A stretch of 64,000 nt of DNA from Candidatus Thorarchaeota archaeon (GTDB taxonomy: Archaea > Asgardarchaeota > Thorarchaeia > Thorarchaeales > Thorarchaeaceae): positions 192,001-256,000 of the forward strand of contig RDOC01000001.1 of assembly GCA_011364985.1 (NCBI GenBank). Reading direction: 5' to 3'. The position numbers and the translations under genes were made by a program. The notes under the pieces were generated by a model. That model saw nothing but the letters and a program-made list of their open reading frames with translations, searched no databases and was not told where the DNA came from. Of the stretch, positions 38,541-49,164 are shown piece after piece (positions within the stretch are counted from its first letter, which is position 1; the number at the start of each line of letters is the position of its first letter).

Positions 38541-39671
38541 TTATTCAATCTTCACCATTCGAATCTCGTTGTAGTCAGTCAGGACCCGAACGTATCCGCG
38601 AAGCAATTCATCTACAGAGGGATCTCCGGTGTCGACCTTCAGTGTACCATTTTCAATTCCTCGAAGCTTCGCAGGTGTGCAGATTACAATGATGTTGTCT
38701 TTTCCTACTTTCTGTATTATGTTTGGGCTGATTTGTTGGTTTCCCCTACCAAATAGCATTCCTTGGTGACCGATAGGTGACACAACAATCCACGTCTTGT
38801 TGAAGTCATCAACCAAGTTCAGAATTTGCTCTTCATTGACATCCTTGTAGACCTGCTCATTTCTGTAGATATCAACGCCCAGAGTGGTCTTTTCAACATC
38901 CAGAAGCTCGGCCACCTTTTTCACTGTGGTCCCCGGACCTAGTATATACGTCCCCTTGGGAATCATTGAGTCAATGACATATCGGGCGATGGCCTCTTGA
39001 GCTTCACCTTCATCAATTGTTTCAGGACTTGCCTGTTTTGCTCCCTGAAATCGAGCTGGAACTGAAGGTCCCTTAAGGTACCCGTAGAGGCGTATTTCAA
39101 AACAGTCCTTGCGGAACGCCTCTTCATCGGCATCCATCACCTCGAATTCTGTGGAGGATGCAGTGCCCTCAGCAACGAGCCGCACAACTTCTGCTGCATC
39201 AGCTGGATTGACCACGAAGATGCCACTATACATCTTCACACCAGAAGGAACGCCTAGGACCATCAAATCGTCAAGACTATGTTCATCAACTTCGTCTAGA
39301 ATGTCTCTGGCCGTGCCGTCACCACCCACAAAAACCAACAGTCTAACACCAGCCTTGTAGAGAGCGTGAACACAAGCGCGTGTATCCTCAGCAGAGGTGA
39401 CATCACCCAAGGCAATTGGAATAGTTTTGTGCGGAATTTCGGCTTTCGCCGCCACTTGTTCGCCCATTTGCTGCGGACACGTAAGAATTTGAATATCGAG
39501 GGAACCACTACGAATAATCCGTCCCAAGGTTTCAAGAAATTCCATTGCACGCTTAGGAGCAACAGGAGTAGCACCAAGTTTCACAGCCTCATCAAGCACT
39601 CCATCAGTCCCCTTGAGACCGACCCGACCGCCCATTCCTGCGATTGGATTTATCAGCAGTCCGATAATCAT
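38541..39671 (-). CDS. ATP-NAD kinase family protein
   Basis: INPIAGMGGRVGLKGTDG, GGDGTARD, GVKMYS, GRGNQQIS, VDTGD. Confidence 0.9.
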   Translation of the reverse strand: MIIGLLINPIAGMGGRVGLKGTDGVLDEAVKLGATPVAPKRAMEFLETLGRIIRSGSLDIQILTCPQQMGEQVAAKAEIPHKTIPIALGDVTSAEDTRACVHALYKAGVRLLVFVGGDGTARDILDEVDEHSLDDLMVLGVPSGVKMYSGIFVVNPADAAEVVRLVAEGTASSTEFEVMDADEEAFRKDCFEIRLYGYLKGPSVPARFQGAKQASPETIDEGEAQEAIARYVIDSMIPKGTYILGPGTTVKKVAELLDVEKTTLGVDIYRNEQVYKDVNEEQILNLVDDFNKTWIVVSPIGHQGMLFGRGNQQISPNIIQKVGKDNIIVICTPAKLRGIENGTLKVDTGDPSVDELLRGYVRVLTDYNEIRMVKIE

Positions 39672-39727
39672 TGATACGTCACGTCTCCCGAATTCCTTCT
39701 GACCTTTAGCGTTTCTGATGGATAGAC

Positions 39728-40333
39728 CTACTCAATTAGGGCATTAACTTCAGAGGCGGCTCTAATCCAGAAAGAGACTCGCAGCAGAACCTCCTCTAGG
39801 TATTCCTCTCGTTTATTAGGTGTTAGGCCTTCTGGCCAACGTGTTGTCCGATATTCATTGAACTTGTTGAAGACCTTACCGAATCGAGTCGTGAGTGGCA
39901 ACTTGACTTTGCTGTCTGCAATGGTGTTCAATGCGCGGATTAGGGTGACAAAATCAAGGTCAAGCCGCATAATCCACTTGCACATCGTTTTGAAGAAAGG
40001 ACGGTCATTCAAGTCGTCCCATGGGAGGCTCTTCACAGCCTCTCGGTCAGCGGCATCAATTCTCCCTGTATTGGCAGGGCATTTTGTGTCAAAGTCACAC
40101 TTTCCCCTGACATACATCTTCTTCTTTGAGATCCAGAGGATGATCTCATGCTGCCCCTTCTTCATCATTCGTTCCTTGTGTGGACCAACAGGAAAGATGA
40201 CCTCGATGATACCCTTCTCTCTGTACCGAGCCCCAGACTTCAAATAGAGCTGGAAGGCCCATGCCAGAGGGGGAATAGTGTTGACAGGGTAATGTTCATC
40301 AGCCTTTGTCATTGTCTTGTTAGCAGAACACAT
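39728..40333 (-). CDS. Hypothetical basic soluble protein
   Basis: 201-aa ORF co-oriented with its neighbours and with natural composition. No family recognised. Confidence 0.7.
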   Translation of the reverse strand: MCSANKTMTKADEHYPVNTIPPLAWAFQLYLKSGARYREKGIIEVIFPVGPHKERMMKKGQHEIILWISKKKMYVRGKCDFDTKCPANTGRIDAADREAVKSLPWDDLNDRPFFKTMCKWIMRLDLDFVTLIRALNTIADSKVKLPLTTRFGKVFNKFNEYRTTRWPEGLTPNKREEYLEEVLLRVSFWIRAASEVNALIE

Positions 40334-40442
40334 TCCCCTTGATATGAGTTGGGATGTAAGACGATACTTTGGTTTCTAAACGAACGAATCTCTTATTTCG
40401 ACTATTCGGAAGAACCAACGATTCGTAGGAAGTGGTTCCAGT

Positions 40443-40940
40443 CTGCCCAAGGAAACCATAACGATTGCGGAATATTCTGAAAAGTATGCAGGTTCAATAG
40501 TAGAGCATCTATTCCCAGAAACTAGCCCTGAAGTGATTATTGGTCAGCAAAGAGAACTTCTGGCTCCTGGCCGGGATGAAGTCTTCAGTGTGTGTGCCCT
40601 AGAAGAGGATAAAGTCGTTGGGGTATGTACGGGCGTACGGGCGAGGTGACATGGTTCACGTCATAGGGTCGAGCTGGTCCAGATCGTAGTTCGCGACAAG
40701 TATCAGAGGAGAAGAGTTTCCAGACAGATGATGGCTGAGATTGCCAAGCACTTCAAGAAACTAGGAGTCAAGATAGTCCAAGTCAGCGTGGAGCGGAGAA
40801 ACACTGATGCGTGGCGGGCATACAAGAGGCTCGGTTTCAAACAAATTGGAATCCTACGTAGAGGGCTGAAATGTGATGATAACTATAACGACGAGATAAT
40901 GCTGGCAGCAGACATAGGCACGATCATTGGAGGAAATTAG
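40443..40940 (+). pseudogene. GNAT acetyltransferase interrupted by an in-frame TGA
   Basis: The frame is open from CTG 40443: ...VVGVCTGVRAR*(TGA 40647)HGSRHRVELVQIVVRDKYQRRRV...NTDAWRAYKRLGF, with GNAT motifs A/B. Confidence 0.75.
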
Positions 40941-41485
40941 CGGATTCCCTGTTCGCGTCGATACACCAGCGTTTTTCCAAGTTCTGCGAAGATGTCGATG
41001 ATGCCCTCACCCGTTTTTGCACTGCTCTCAACGTAGGGCATGCCATGAGTGTCTGCAAACTCCTTCCCTTCCTTGGGCTCAACAACACGGTCAGGAAGAT
41101 CCGTCTTGTTGGCCACCAAGACCAGTGGTATATCCTTTCCAATGGCCCGCTTCAGCTCTTCCAGCCACTCCTCAAGGAGCATGAATGTTCGGCGCCTACT
41201 GACATCATACACAAGGAGGCCACCATTCGAACCGCGATAGTACATCGGCCTCAGGATTTGAAAGCGGGACTGACCAGCTACATCCCAGATCTGCAGCTTC
41301 ACGGTGAGATTATCGCCGCTGGAGCTGATGACATCGATATTCTTGACGGCGAATTGACTTCCGATGGTGGTCTTGTAATCAGTACGGAAGAATCCATGAG
41401 AGAATCTGGTGACGATTGCTGTTTTCCCTACTGCTCCTTCGCCCAGCACGACTACTTTAAATAAATAATCATATGAACTACTCAT
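40937..41485 (-). CDS. Rab-like small GTPase
   Basis: YDYLFKVVVLGEGAVGKT (G1), TTIG (G2), WDVAGQ (G3), YYRG, NKTD (G4), SSAK (G5). No C-terminal Cys. Confidence 0.96.
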   Translation of the reverse strand: MSSSYDYLFKVVVLGEGAVGKTAIVTRFSHGFFRTDYKTTIGSQFAVKNIDVISSSGDNLTVKLQIWDVAGQSRFQILRPMYYRGSNGGLLVYDVSRRRTFMLLEEWLEELKRAIGKDIPLVLVANKTDLPDRVVEPKEGKEFADTHGMPYVESSAKTGEGIIDIFAELGKTLVYRREQGIR

Positions 41486-42349
41486 CTATAAAACCACCAC
41501 TGATGTAATTTTCGTTGAGGGACATCTGCTAGTGAGAACCAATTCCAGAAGGGATCTCATGGTCATTATCCACTACTCCACAGTGCTCATGCATTCCAAC
41601 TGATATGGATAGACCTACGGGCGATAAAACGATAGCCGTCTAATAAGGTTTCGTCATACCAGTACAATCTACATTATGAAGGAGGTTTTTGTGGAAGGAA
41701 CATCAGCTGATATCATAGTTTCAACAAGTGGACTATCATCGAGAAGAAGTCACACTGCGGTTTCTAGATTTGCTATTCAGACACTCCTCAGACAAGCTAA
41801 GCATTGAGCGCTGCATTTTAATGGCATATAAACCTATGAACAGAAACTTGACGACATTCTATTTCTCAGCAAGGCTCATAGTATGTCCAGGAGTCTGCTC
41901 ATACCCCCCATACCCCTGGATGGCTCACGCACTTGTTCAAGCGTTAATGGCACTTCAAGCAACAGCCATGTGTTCCACAGCGAATGTTGTAACTACTTGA
42001 CCAGCAATTGGAAACTTGCCATCCGTGCTGGAGATAGCTGGTCCGTAGCGGAAAAGGCCAATGAGCCTATTGACGTAACTTCGATTTCGAAATCTCAGGT
42101 ACCACTAAGAGGATTGCTCCACCATAGAGGAGATCCGAAACGGAATAGCCTGCAACTAAAGGATTTCGTTCTATCGCCAGATTCTGTGATGGAGGTCGTG
42201 CCCAGCGTGAAAGATGCTGAGACTGTATGCCAAGTCAGACAGGCCATCACGAGCAGATATACCTATGCAAAGTGATCATACTCGTTTCTTGAAGTGTCAC
42301 TGGTTCATCTGGATGGAAGACTTATGAGGCCATACAAGTAGCAGTAGAG

Positions 42350-43792
42350 TCACAGGTCTATCTTTGGGAAAGTCACTCTGATTGTCTTTCCCTGACTCAG
42401 GTCACCTTTGACCCTGTCAAAAACTTCGATTGTCCCGCCATACTTCTCTACAATATCGTGAGCGAGATGAAAGCCAATTCCCTCAATGCGAGAGCCCGGG
42501 TCGAATAATCTGCGTTTAGTTATCTCGGATAACCCAGGACCATTGTCGCTGACGGATAGGACATACTGGCTATCATCACACTCGAGCTCAATCCAGATCC
42601 TTTTCTCATCTGAAGGATTGTTCTCGTAGGAGTTAACGAGCAGCTCAGACACCAGCAACTCCAAGTAGTCATCCGCTTGGACCCGTGCGTCTGTTACGTG
42701 AAGCGACAGGCTTATGACAACATCGTCAAGGAGGATTGACGCGTCCTTCATACTCTCACAGAGGACATCGTCCAGAATTCTTTCTTTCAGGGGCAGATTT
42801 GTCAGAACCTCCATTACTCCCGAATTTGAGATGGTAGTAATGGATTTTGATACCGCATGGAGTATATTCTCAACAAGGTCCGATACGGAAGAGCCTAGGT
42901 CATTGAGCAAAAGAAGTTCGGCAGCAACTTGGACCTCCTGAAGGTGGTTTCTGATGTCATGTCTCATGAAATCGAGGTACATCTTTGCTCGACTCCTAGC
43001 AACCTGGAGATGTCTCTCTATGGCCTTCCGCCTGGTGATGTCAGTAATAACCACACAACTCCCAATGTATTTGGAAGCATCTTCGAAAATAGGAGATGCT
43101 GAAACTGTTACAGGAATCAATCGACCTGACGAATGGATGATATGCGTTTCATAGCGGTCAGACTTTCCAACCATTCTTTCCTTGATCTTACAGAACACTT
43201 CATCTCTAGTCAGTCCAGCCATGACATCAAATATGGGCTTGCCGATGAGATCCTCCTCCGTGTAATCGATCATTTTGCATAGAGCTGGATTTGCCTGCAC
43301 GAGAATACCATTATCATCAATTACTCCAAGACCTTCGTTCATGGTATTCACTAAGGTGTGATATAGAACCTCATGCCTCGAAAGAGCTTGCTGATACCTC
43401 TTCTCCTCTGTGATATCAATAATCTGTGTTAGAACTCTGATTCTGTTCTTCCCACTTGTCAGAAAGGAGTTATGAATTCGAACTTCTCTGGCTTGACCAT
43501 TACGGTGAAGCAGCTTGGCTTCGCAGGTCCAAGGTAATGCTTCACCGTCAAGTCTTGAGGAGTATTGTTCCATGATGAGTTCGGGACTCTCATGATGAAC
43601 GAAGTTGTCGAAGGGCTGACCAAGAATTTCATGTCTTTCTCTGCCTAGAATATCACAAAGCCTTTCGTTTACATACTCGACTATCTTGTCATCCCTAAAG
43701 ACGGCGATACCTTCAAGGGAATACTCAAGAATCTTGTCAAGGGCTTCCCTTCCCTCAGGAAACTCCGGATTCATTGGATTAATCGATGCCAT
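42350..43792 (-). CDS. Cytoplasmic 2xPAS sensor histidine kinase
   Basis: Two PAS/PAC repeats ending in DITE/DITR, H-box RHDIRN, SDNGPG, GIG. Confidence 0.9.
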   Translation of the reverse strand: MASINPMNPEFPEGREALDKILEYSLEGIAVFRDDKIVEYVNERLCDILGRERHEILGQPFDNFVHHESPELIMEQYSSRLDGEALPWTCEAKLLHRNGQAREVRIHNSFLTSGKNRIRVLTQIIDITEEKRYQQALSRHEVLYHTLVNTMNEGLGVIDDNGILVQANPALCKMIDYTEEDLIGKPIFDVMAGLTRDEVFCKIKERMVGKSDRYETHIIHSSGRLIPVTVSASPIFEDASKYIGSCVVITDITRRKAIERHLQVARSRAKMYLDFMRHDIRNHLQEVQVAAELLLLNDLGSSVSDLVENILHAVSKSITTISNSGVMEVLTNLPLKERILDDVLCESMKDASILLDDVVISLSLHVTDARVQADDYLELLVSELLVNSYENNPSDEKRIWIELECDDSQYVLSVSDNGPGLSEITKRRLFDPGSRIEGIGFHLAHDIVEKYGGTIEVFDRVKGDLSQGKTIRVTFPKIDL

Positions 43793-44252
43793 TTTTTGAC
43801 CAAGCCCATGCTGCTATGGTATACAGTCTTGCATCACTCGGTCAATTTATCTGATTCACAGATGCTATTGGTGCCCCCTATCGGCACCGAGCCATTGAGA
43901 ATGCTGCATATTGGCTCAGAGAATTTCACAATAAATCGTTTCTTGTGATGAACTCAGAAATCATACGAATCGCAGTGCACGATTTCCAGATAGCGCTCAA
44001 AGAGTGATTCATATCACGTCTTCGGCTGTCTGACATGAAGTTCATGTTGCTGTTATTCCATGCTGCATGGGAGCTGGCACAATATAGTATGGAAAGGACA
44101 GGACTCATCCCAAGAGTGGAGGACTTTGAATAACTCGAATATGCACTGCATCTGCGCTCTCACGACATCACAGAATGCCAATCAGATTACCTGTCCTTGA
44201 GAAAGCAAATTGCACCTTGCAGCTGGTAGTTGTAACGGTAAGGTCCATGAAC

Positions 44253-45047
44253 TCAAGGCTGTCTGTCGACCCAATCGAGGTATTTTCCGAGAACTCTGTT
44301 GAATTCAGCAGGATTTTGCAGCATGGGCACATGGTCAGCATGTCGAATGATAGCAAGGTCTGCACGAGGCAGCCTCTCTTCGAGGTCTTTGGCAGTTGAT
44401 GGAGTGATTATGTTGTCATGTTCGCCCACAACAACAAGAGTTGGCAAGTCAATCTCGTGGATGCGGCTAGTAATATCGAATCCATCCACAACAGCGAGGT
44501 CTCGTTGCATCACATGAGGGTTTCTCGTCTTGTGTATCTCCTCTCTGCGGATTATCTCAATTGCCTTCGAATTGCTGCCCTTGATCCTGTCACGAAGAAG
44601 TGATAGATAGGTGTCGAGCGCCTCGCGCGTCATTCCTGCAGCAAGGTTTGAAAGATTCAAATCACATGATGTGTCAACAAGTGTAAGCGCCTTCGGACAT
44701 GGAAAGTCATCCCTCAAGGCATATGACATGACTACGCCGCCACCCATTGAATGACCTACCAAGACGAAGTTCTGTAGTTCAAGATGATCCGCTAAGGCTG
44801 CGAGTTCCTCTGTATAACCGTTCTCAATGCTAGTCATCTTTGGATTTGGGTCCGACTTCCCATGACCAGAGAAATCAAAAGCAATGGTCTGATACTGCTT
44901 TCCAAACTCCTCCACTTGAAGGGTCCAAGCCTCATGAGAAGACCCTGCTCCGTGGACAAACACAATTGTGAGGATACTTGTATCACCAGTGCCCTTTGGG
45001 CCGACCACATAGTGAAGCCGAACTCCATCATGAACGAGATGGGACAA
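44253..45047 (-). CDS. Alpha/beta hydrolase
   Basis: FVHGAG, DFSGHGKS, GHSMGG nucleophile elbow, GEHD and DH catalytic residues. TTG start after GGTGA. Confidence 0.92.
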   Translation of the reverse strand: MSHLVHDGVRLHYVVGPKGTGDTSILTIVFVHGAGSSHEAWTLQVEEFGKQYQTIAFDFSGHGKSDPNPKMTSIENGYTEELAALADHLELQNFVLVGHSMGGGVVMSYALRDDFPCPKALTLVDTSCDLNLSNLAAGMTREALDTYLSLLRDRIKGSNSKAIEIIRREEIHKTRNPHVMQRDLAVVDGFDITSRIHEIDLPTLVVVGEHDNIITPSTAKDLEERLPRADLAIIRHADHVPMLQNPAEFNRVLGKYLDWVDRQP

Positions 45048-45160
45048 CTTGAGTTCACCCCAGGATTGGCCTATGAATCCATAACATATAGGCCTATTCC
45101 CTTTGAGAATTGCCTTTAGGTAGGTTTTTGAATCGGGACATAAGGAGTCAATTGAGTACA

Positions 45161-46534
<1,374 letters not shown>

Positions 46535-46543
46535 GGAGATATC

Positions 46544-46702
46544 TTGAGATTAGTAGAGGAGATTGACAGGGAAATCTGGAAAGGAAAAACAAAGATTCAC
46601 ATTCCGATGAACAGATTTAGCAAATGCAGCCAAGAAGAAAAGGAAGCCATAAAGCAGCTCTGCGTTGTCAATGGTGTTGAGCTTGTTCTAGATGCAAACT
46701 GA
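46544..46702 (+). CDS. Small protein (52 aa) missed by the ORF track
   Basis: GGAG then TTG directly after the glmM stop: MRLVEEIDREIWKGKTKIHIPMNRFSKCSQEEKEAIKQLCVVNGVELVLDAN. Confidence 0.55.
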   Translation: MRLVEEIDREIWKGKTKIHIPMNRFSKCSQEEKEAIKQLCVVNGVELVLDAN

Positions 46703-46783
46703 CAAAATGAGGCGATAGGTAGTATCCAGATAATCTTTATAGATAAACCAGAAGAAATTGTGATCACATCAGAGGTCAATGAC

Positions 46784-47182
46784 ATGAGTGAAAAAGGCGA
46801 CGACTTTATCATGGATGAGTTTGAGTGGGCACTGAAGGATCCCACCGAAGAGAAACTGAGAGCCTTGGGTGAAGTCGTCAGTATAATAACCAGTAAGCTC
46901 ACTGAAGCGATAAGTAAGTTACAACAAGATGTCTACGACCTCCAAGACAAGCTCTCGAAGGTGGAATCAAATCTAGGTGCCAAAATCATCTCACTTGAGA
47001 AGGGTGTAGCAAGTGGTGGAGCTATTGTTAGCGCACCTTCACCAGCAGCTGAGGCAGATAGCTCTGCAGCACCAATCGCACAAGCACCACCACCCAAAGC
47101 GCCTTCTGGTCCGGGAGGTATGATGGGCGAGCTTAAGGCATTGCTAGCCGCACGACGAAAGAAAGCGGAGTCCGGTGAATAG
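46784..47182 (+). CDS. Coiled-coil + Pro/Ala-rich protein with C-terminal Ena/VASP-FAB/WH2-like motif
   Basis: Heptad region LTEAISKLQQDVYDLQDKLSKVE, linker APPPKAPSGP, C-terminal GGMMGELKALLAARRKKAE. Confidence 0.7.
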   Translation: MSEKGDDFIMDEFEWALKDPTEEKLRALGEVVSIITSKLTEAISKLQQDVYDLQDKLSKVESNLGAKIISLEKGVASGGAIVSAPSPAAEADSSAAPIAQAPPPKAPSGPGGMMGELKALLAARRKKAESGE

Positions 47183-47191
47183 CAGGGTATT

Positions 47192-47860
47192 TTAGAGCAG
47201 AAGATCAACGCTGTTTTGAGGATAGAAAGGACCAGCATGTGTTGGCAATGAGATTGTAAAGGCCTCGGCCCTCTCACAGGCAGCCTGAACCCCTCGTAGT
47301 CGTGTCCTAACATCATATAGCTTCGCATAGTAGTTGTTGGCCTTGGCTATTTGCGACTTATGTTGAGCCAGTGCCTTCAGAACGAAGGTGTGGGTTCCTG
47401 TTGTGTCAACATGGAGATGTGGACGAGGCAGAAGACTATTTACTTCCATGTGAAGGATTTTGTCCACACGATGTGCATTATCAAAAATCGTTGAATGTGA
47501 AGCCCATTCAACAGCCTGCTCAACCAGGGCTGAGCACTCGACATGGTTGCGATTATAGTCCTCTCCAGAATGAGTTATTACAATCTTTGGATGCGACTTG
47601 AGAATAGCTCCAATCACCTCATTTTGAAGAGAGGAATCGATTGCAAAATCGTCGCGTTCGCTCAGATAGAGATTTCGAACCCCAAGTATACTGCACGCGG
47701 CTTTCAATTCTTCATTGCGCGATTCGTTGCCTGTCATGCAATGTACATCCACAGGTATACCTCCCTCAACGTGTTTTCGAATTGTACCACCTGCCCCCAA
47801 AGTTTCGTCATCTGGATGAGCTGCAACAACAAGCAACCCATGCGCCGCAGTCTTGCTCAT
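47192..47860 (-). CDS. bshB: PIG-L family deacetylase, BshB-like
   Basis: AAHPDDETLGAGG, R.EEL.AAC.ILG, RG.Q......AEAF. Divergent from bshA. Confidence 0.8.
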   Translation of the reverse strand: MSKTAAHGLLVVAAHPDDETLGAGGTIRKHVEGGIPVDVHCMTGNESRNEELKAACSILGVRNLYLSERDDFAIDSSLQNEVIGAILKSHPKIVITHSGEDYNRNHVECSALVEQAVEWASHSTIFDNAHRVDKILHMEVNSLLPRPHLHVDTTGTHTFVLKALAQHKSQIAKANNYYAKLYDVRTRLRGVQAACERAEAFTISLPTHAGPFYPQNSVDLLL

Positions 47861-47985
47861 GTATTGACCAGCGCCGCGGTGACTAATCAAGCTTTGGCAC
47901 TGATTATTGAGCGCAGAAGGAGAGTTTTAAGTTGTAACCAAATATCCTAAGGCAGCAGCAGTTGATCCCTAGGAAGGTGTGTTAT

Positions 47986-49158
47986 TTGCATATTGCAGTG
48001 AATCTTTATCCCTCAGTGGGAGGCTCAGGCCATCTAGCTACAAGACTTGGTCAACACTTGGCGCACAAGGGTCATAGTATCCACTTCATCACTTATCAGA
48101 GACCTTTCTCTTTGATGTGGGAACAGACAAGAGGTGTTTATGTTGATCTTGTTGATAGATTTGATTATCCGCTGTTCAGAGCGGTGGGTCCACCTTACAC
48201 TATGGCCTTGACATCAAAGATGGTCAAGGTCATCTCAGATTCTAAGCTTGACCTGATACATTCACATTATGCCATTCCTCATGCAATGGCAGCTTACATG
48301 ACCAGAGAAATAACTGGAACGCCCTATGTCATCACGCTTCATGGGTCAGATGTGCATTCTCTAGGACTAGACCCAGCATATCAGCCGGTGGTAAAACACA
48401 CCGTAGAGAAAGCAAACGCAGTCACAGCAGTTTCCCAGTTCTTGAAAGACCAAGCTCATAAGAAGCTCGGTATTGAGAGAGAAATCAAGGTCATTCCCAA
48501 CTTCATCGATGTAGAGCGCTTTGTTCATCTTACAGGAACGCGATTAATTGTTGAAAGCGGCTGCGTTGGTTTGCGGAGTGAAGAAGAAGCCAAGGCAATC
48601 AATCCCGACGAGAAGGTTCTGTTACATGCCTCCAACTTCCGCGAAGTCAAGAGAGTTGTCGAGCTTGTTGATATAATGCGGATTGTCGTCGACCATTATC
48701 CGAATGTCCGGCTCATAATCGCTGGAGATGGACCAACTCGTATTGAGGTTGAAAGAAAAATCGAAGCGTTGGACTTATGCAACCACATACATTTGCTAGG
48801 CGTAAAGAGCAATATGCAGCAAATAATGTGCTCAGCTGATGCGTTTCTCCTGAATTCGACTCTGGAAGGAATGCCTTTGGTTCTACTTGAGGCAATGTCA
48901 TGTAAACTGCCTGTTGTTACAACTCCAGCAGGGGGCATTCCAGAACTGGTAAGACCCGGTAAGGACGGTATTGTAACTAGAGGATTCGAACAAGAGGAGT
49001 ACGCAGAGGCAGTCATAGATGTCCTTGAGAATGATTCGCTTAGAAAGGAGCTGGGAGAGGCTGGACGGAAAAGGGTCATAGACAGTTACTCATCAAACAG
49101 AATAGTTCCTATGTATGAGAAGGTATTTCAAGAGGTACTAGAAGAGCAGGAGGCCTAA
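47986..49158 (+). CDS. bshA: N-acetyl-alpha-D-glucosaminyl L-malate synthase (GT4)
   Basis: YPSVGGSG..AT.LG..LA.KGH.IHFIT, HSHYAIPHA, TLHGSD, VTAVS, SNFREVKRV, E-X7-E. These match the BshA-specific signature. Confidence 0.9.
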   Translation: MHIAVNLYPSVGGSGHLATRLGQHLAHKGHSIHFITYQRPFSLMWEQTRGVYVDLVDRFDYPLFRAVGPPYTMALTSKMVKVISDSKLDLIHSHYAIPHAMAAYMTREITGTPYVITLHGSDVHSLGLDPAYQPVVKHTVEKANAVTAVSQFLKDQAHKKLGIEREIKVIPNFIDVERFVHLTGTRLIVESGCVGLRSEEEAKAINPDEKVLLHASNFREVKRVVELVDIMRIVVDHYPNVRLIIAGDGPTRIEVERKIEALDLCNHIHLLGVKSNMQQIMCSADAFLLNSTLEGMPLVLLEAMSCKLPVVTTPAGGIPELVRPGKDGIVTRGFEQEEYAEAVIDVLENDSLRKELGEAGRKRVIDSYSSNRIVPMYEKVFQEVLEEQEA

Positions 49159-49164
49159 GACCAG

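Noticed and set aside
41700-42300. ORFs 41728..42000 and 41883..42275
   Set aside because: Overlapping, with atypical composition and no motifs on either strand. Probably intergenic or heavily decayed DNA.
43800-44250. Short ORFs between the histidine kinase and the hydrolase
   Set aside because: No RBS, motif or convincing protein-like composition.
47986-49158. Mycothiol (MshA) or a generic cell-envelope GT4
   Set aside because: The motifs match BshA specifically, and the adjacent ligase is BshC-like, not a CysRS-like MshC (no HIGH/KMSKS).
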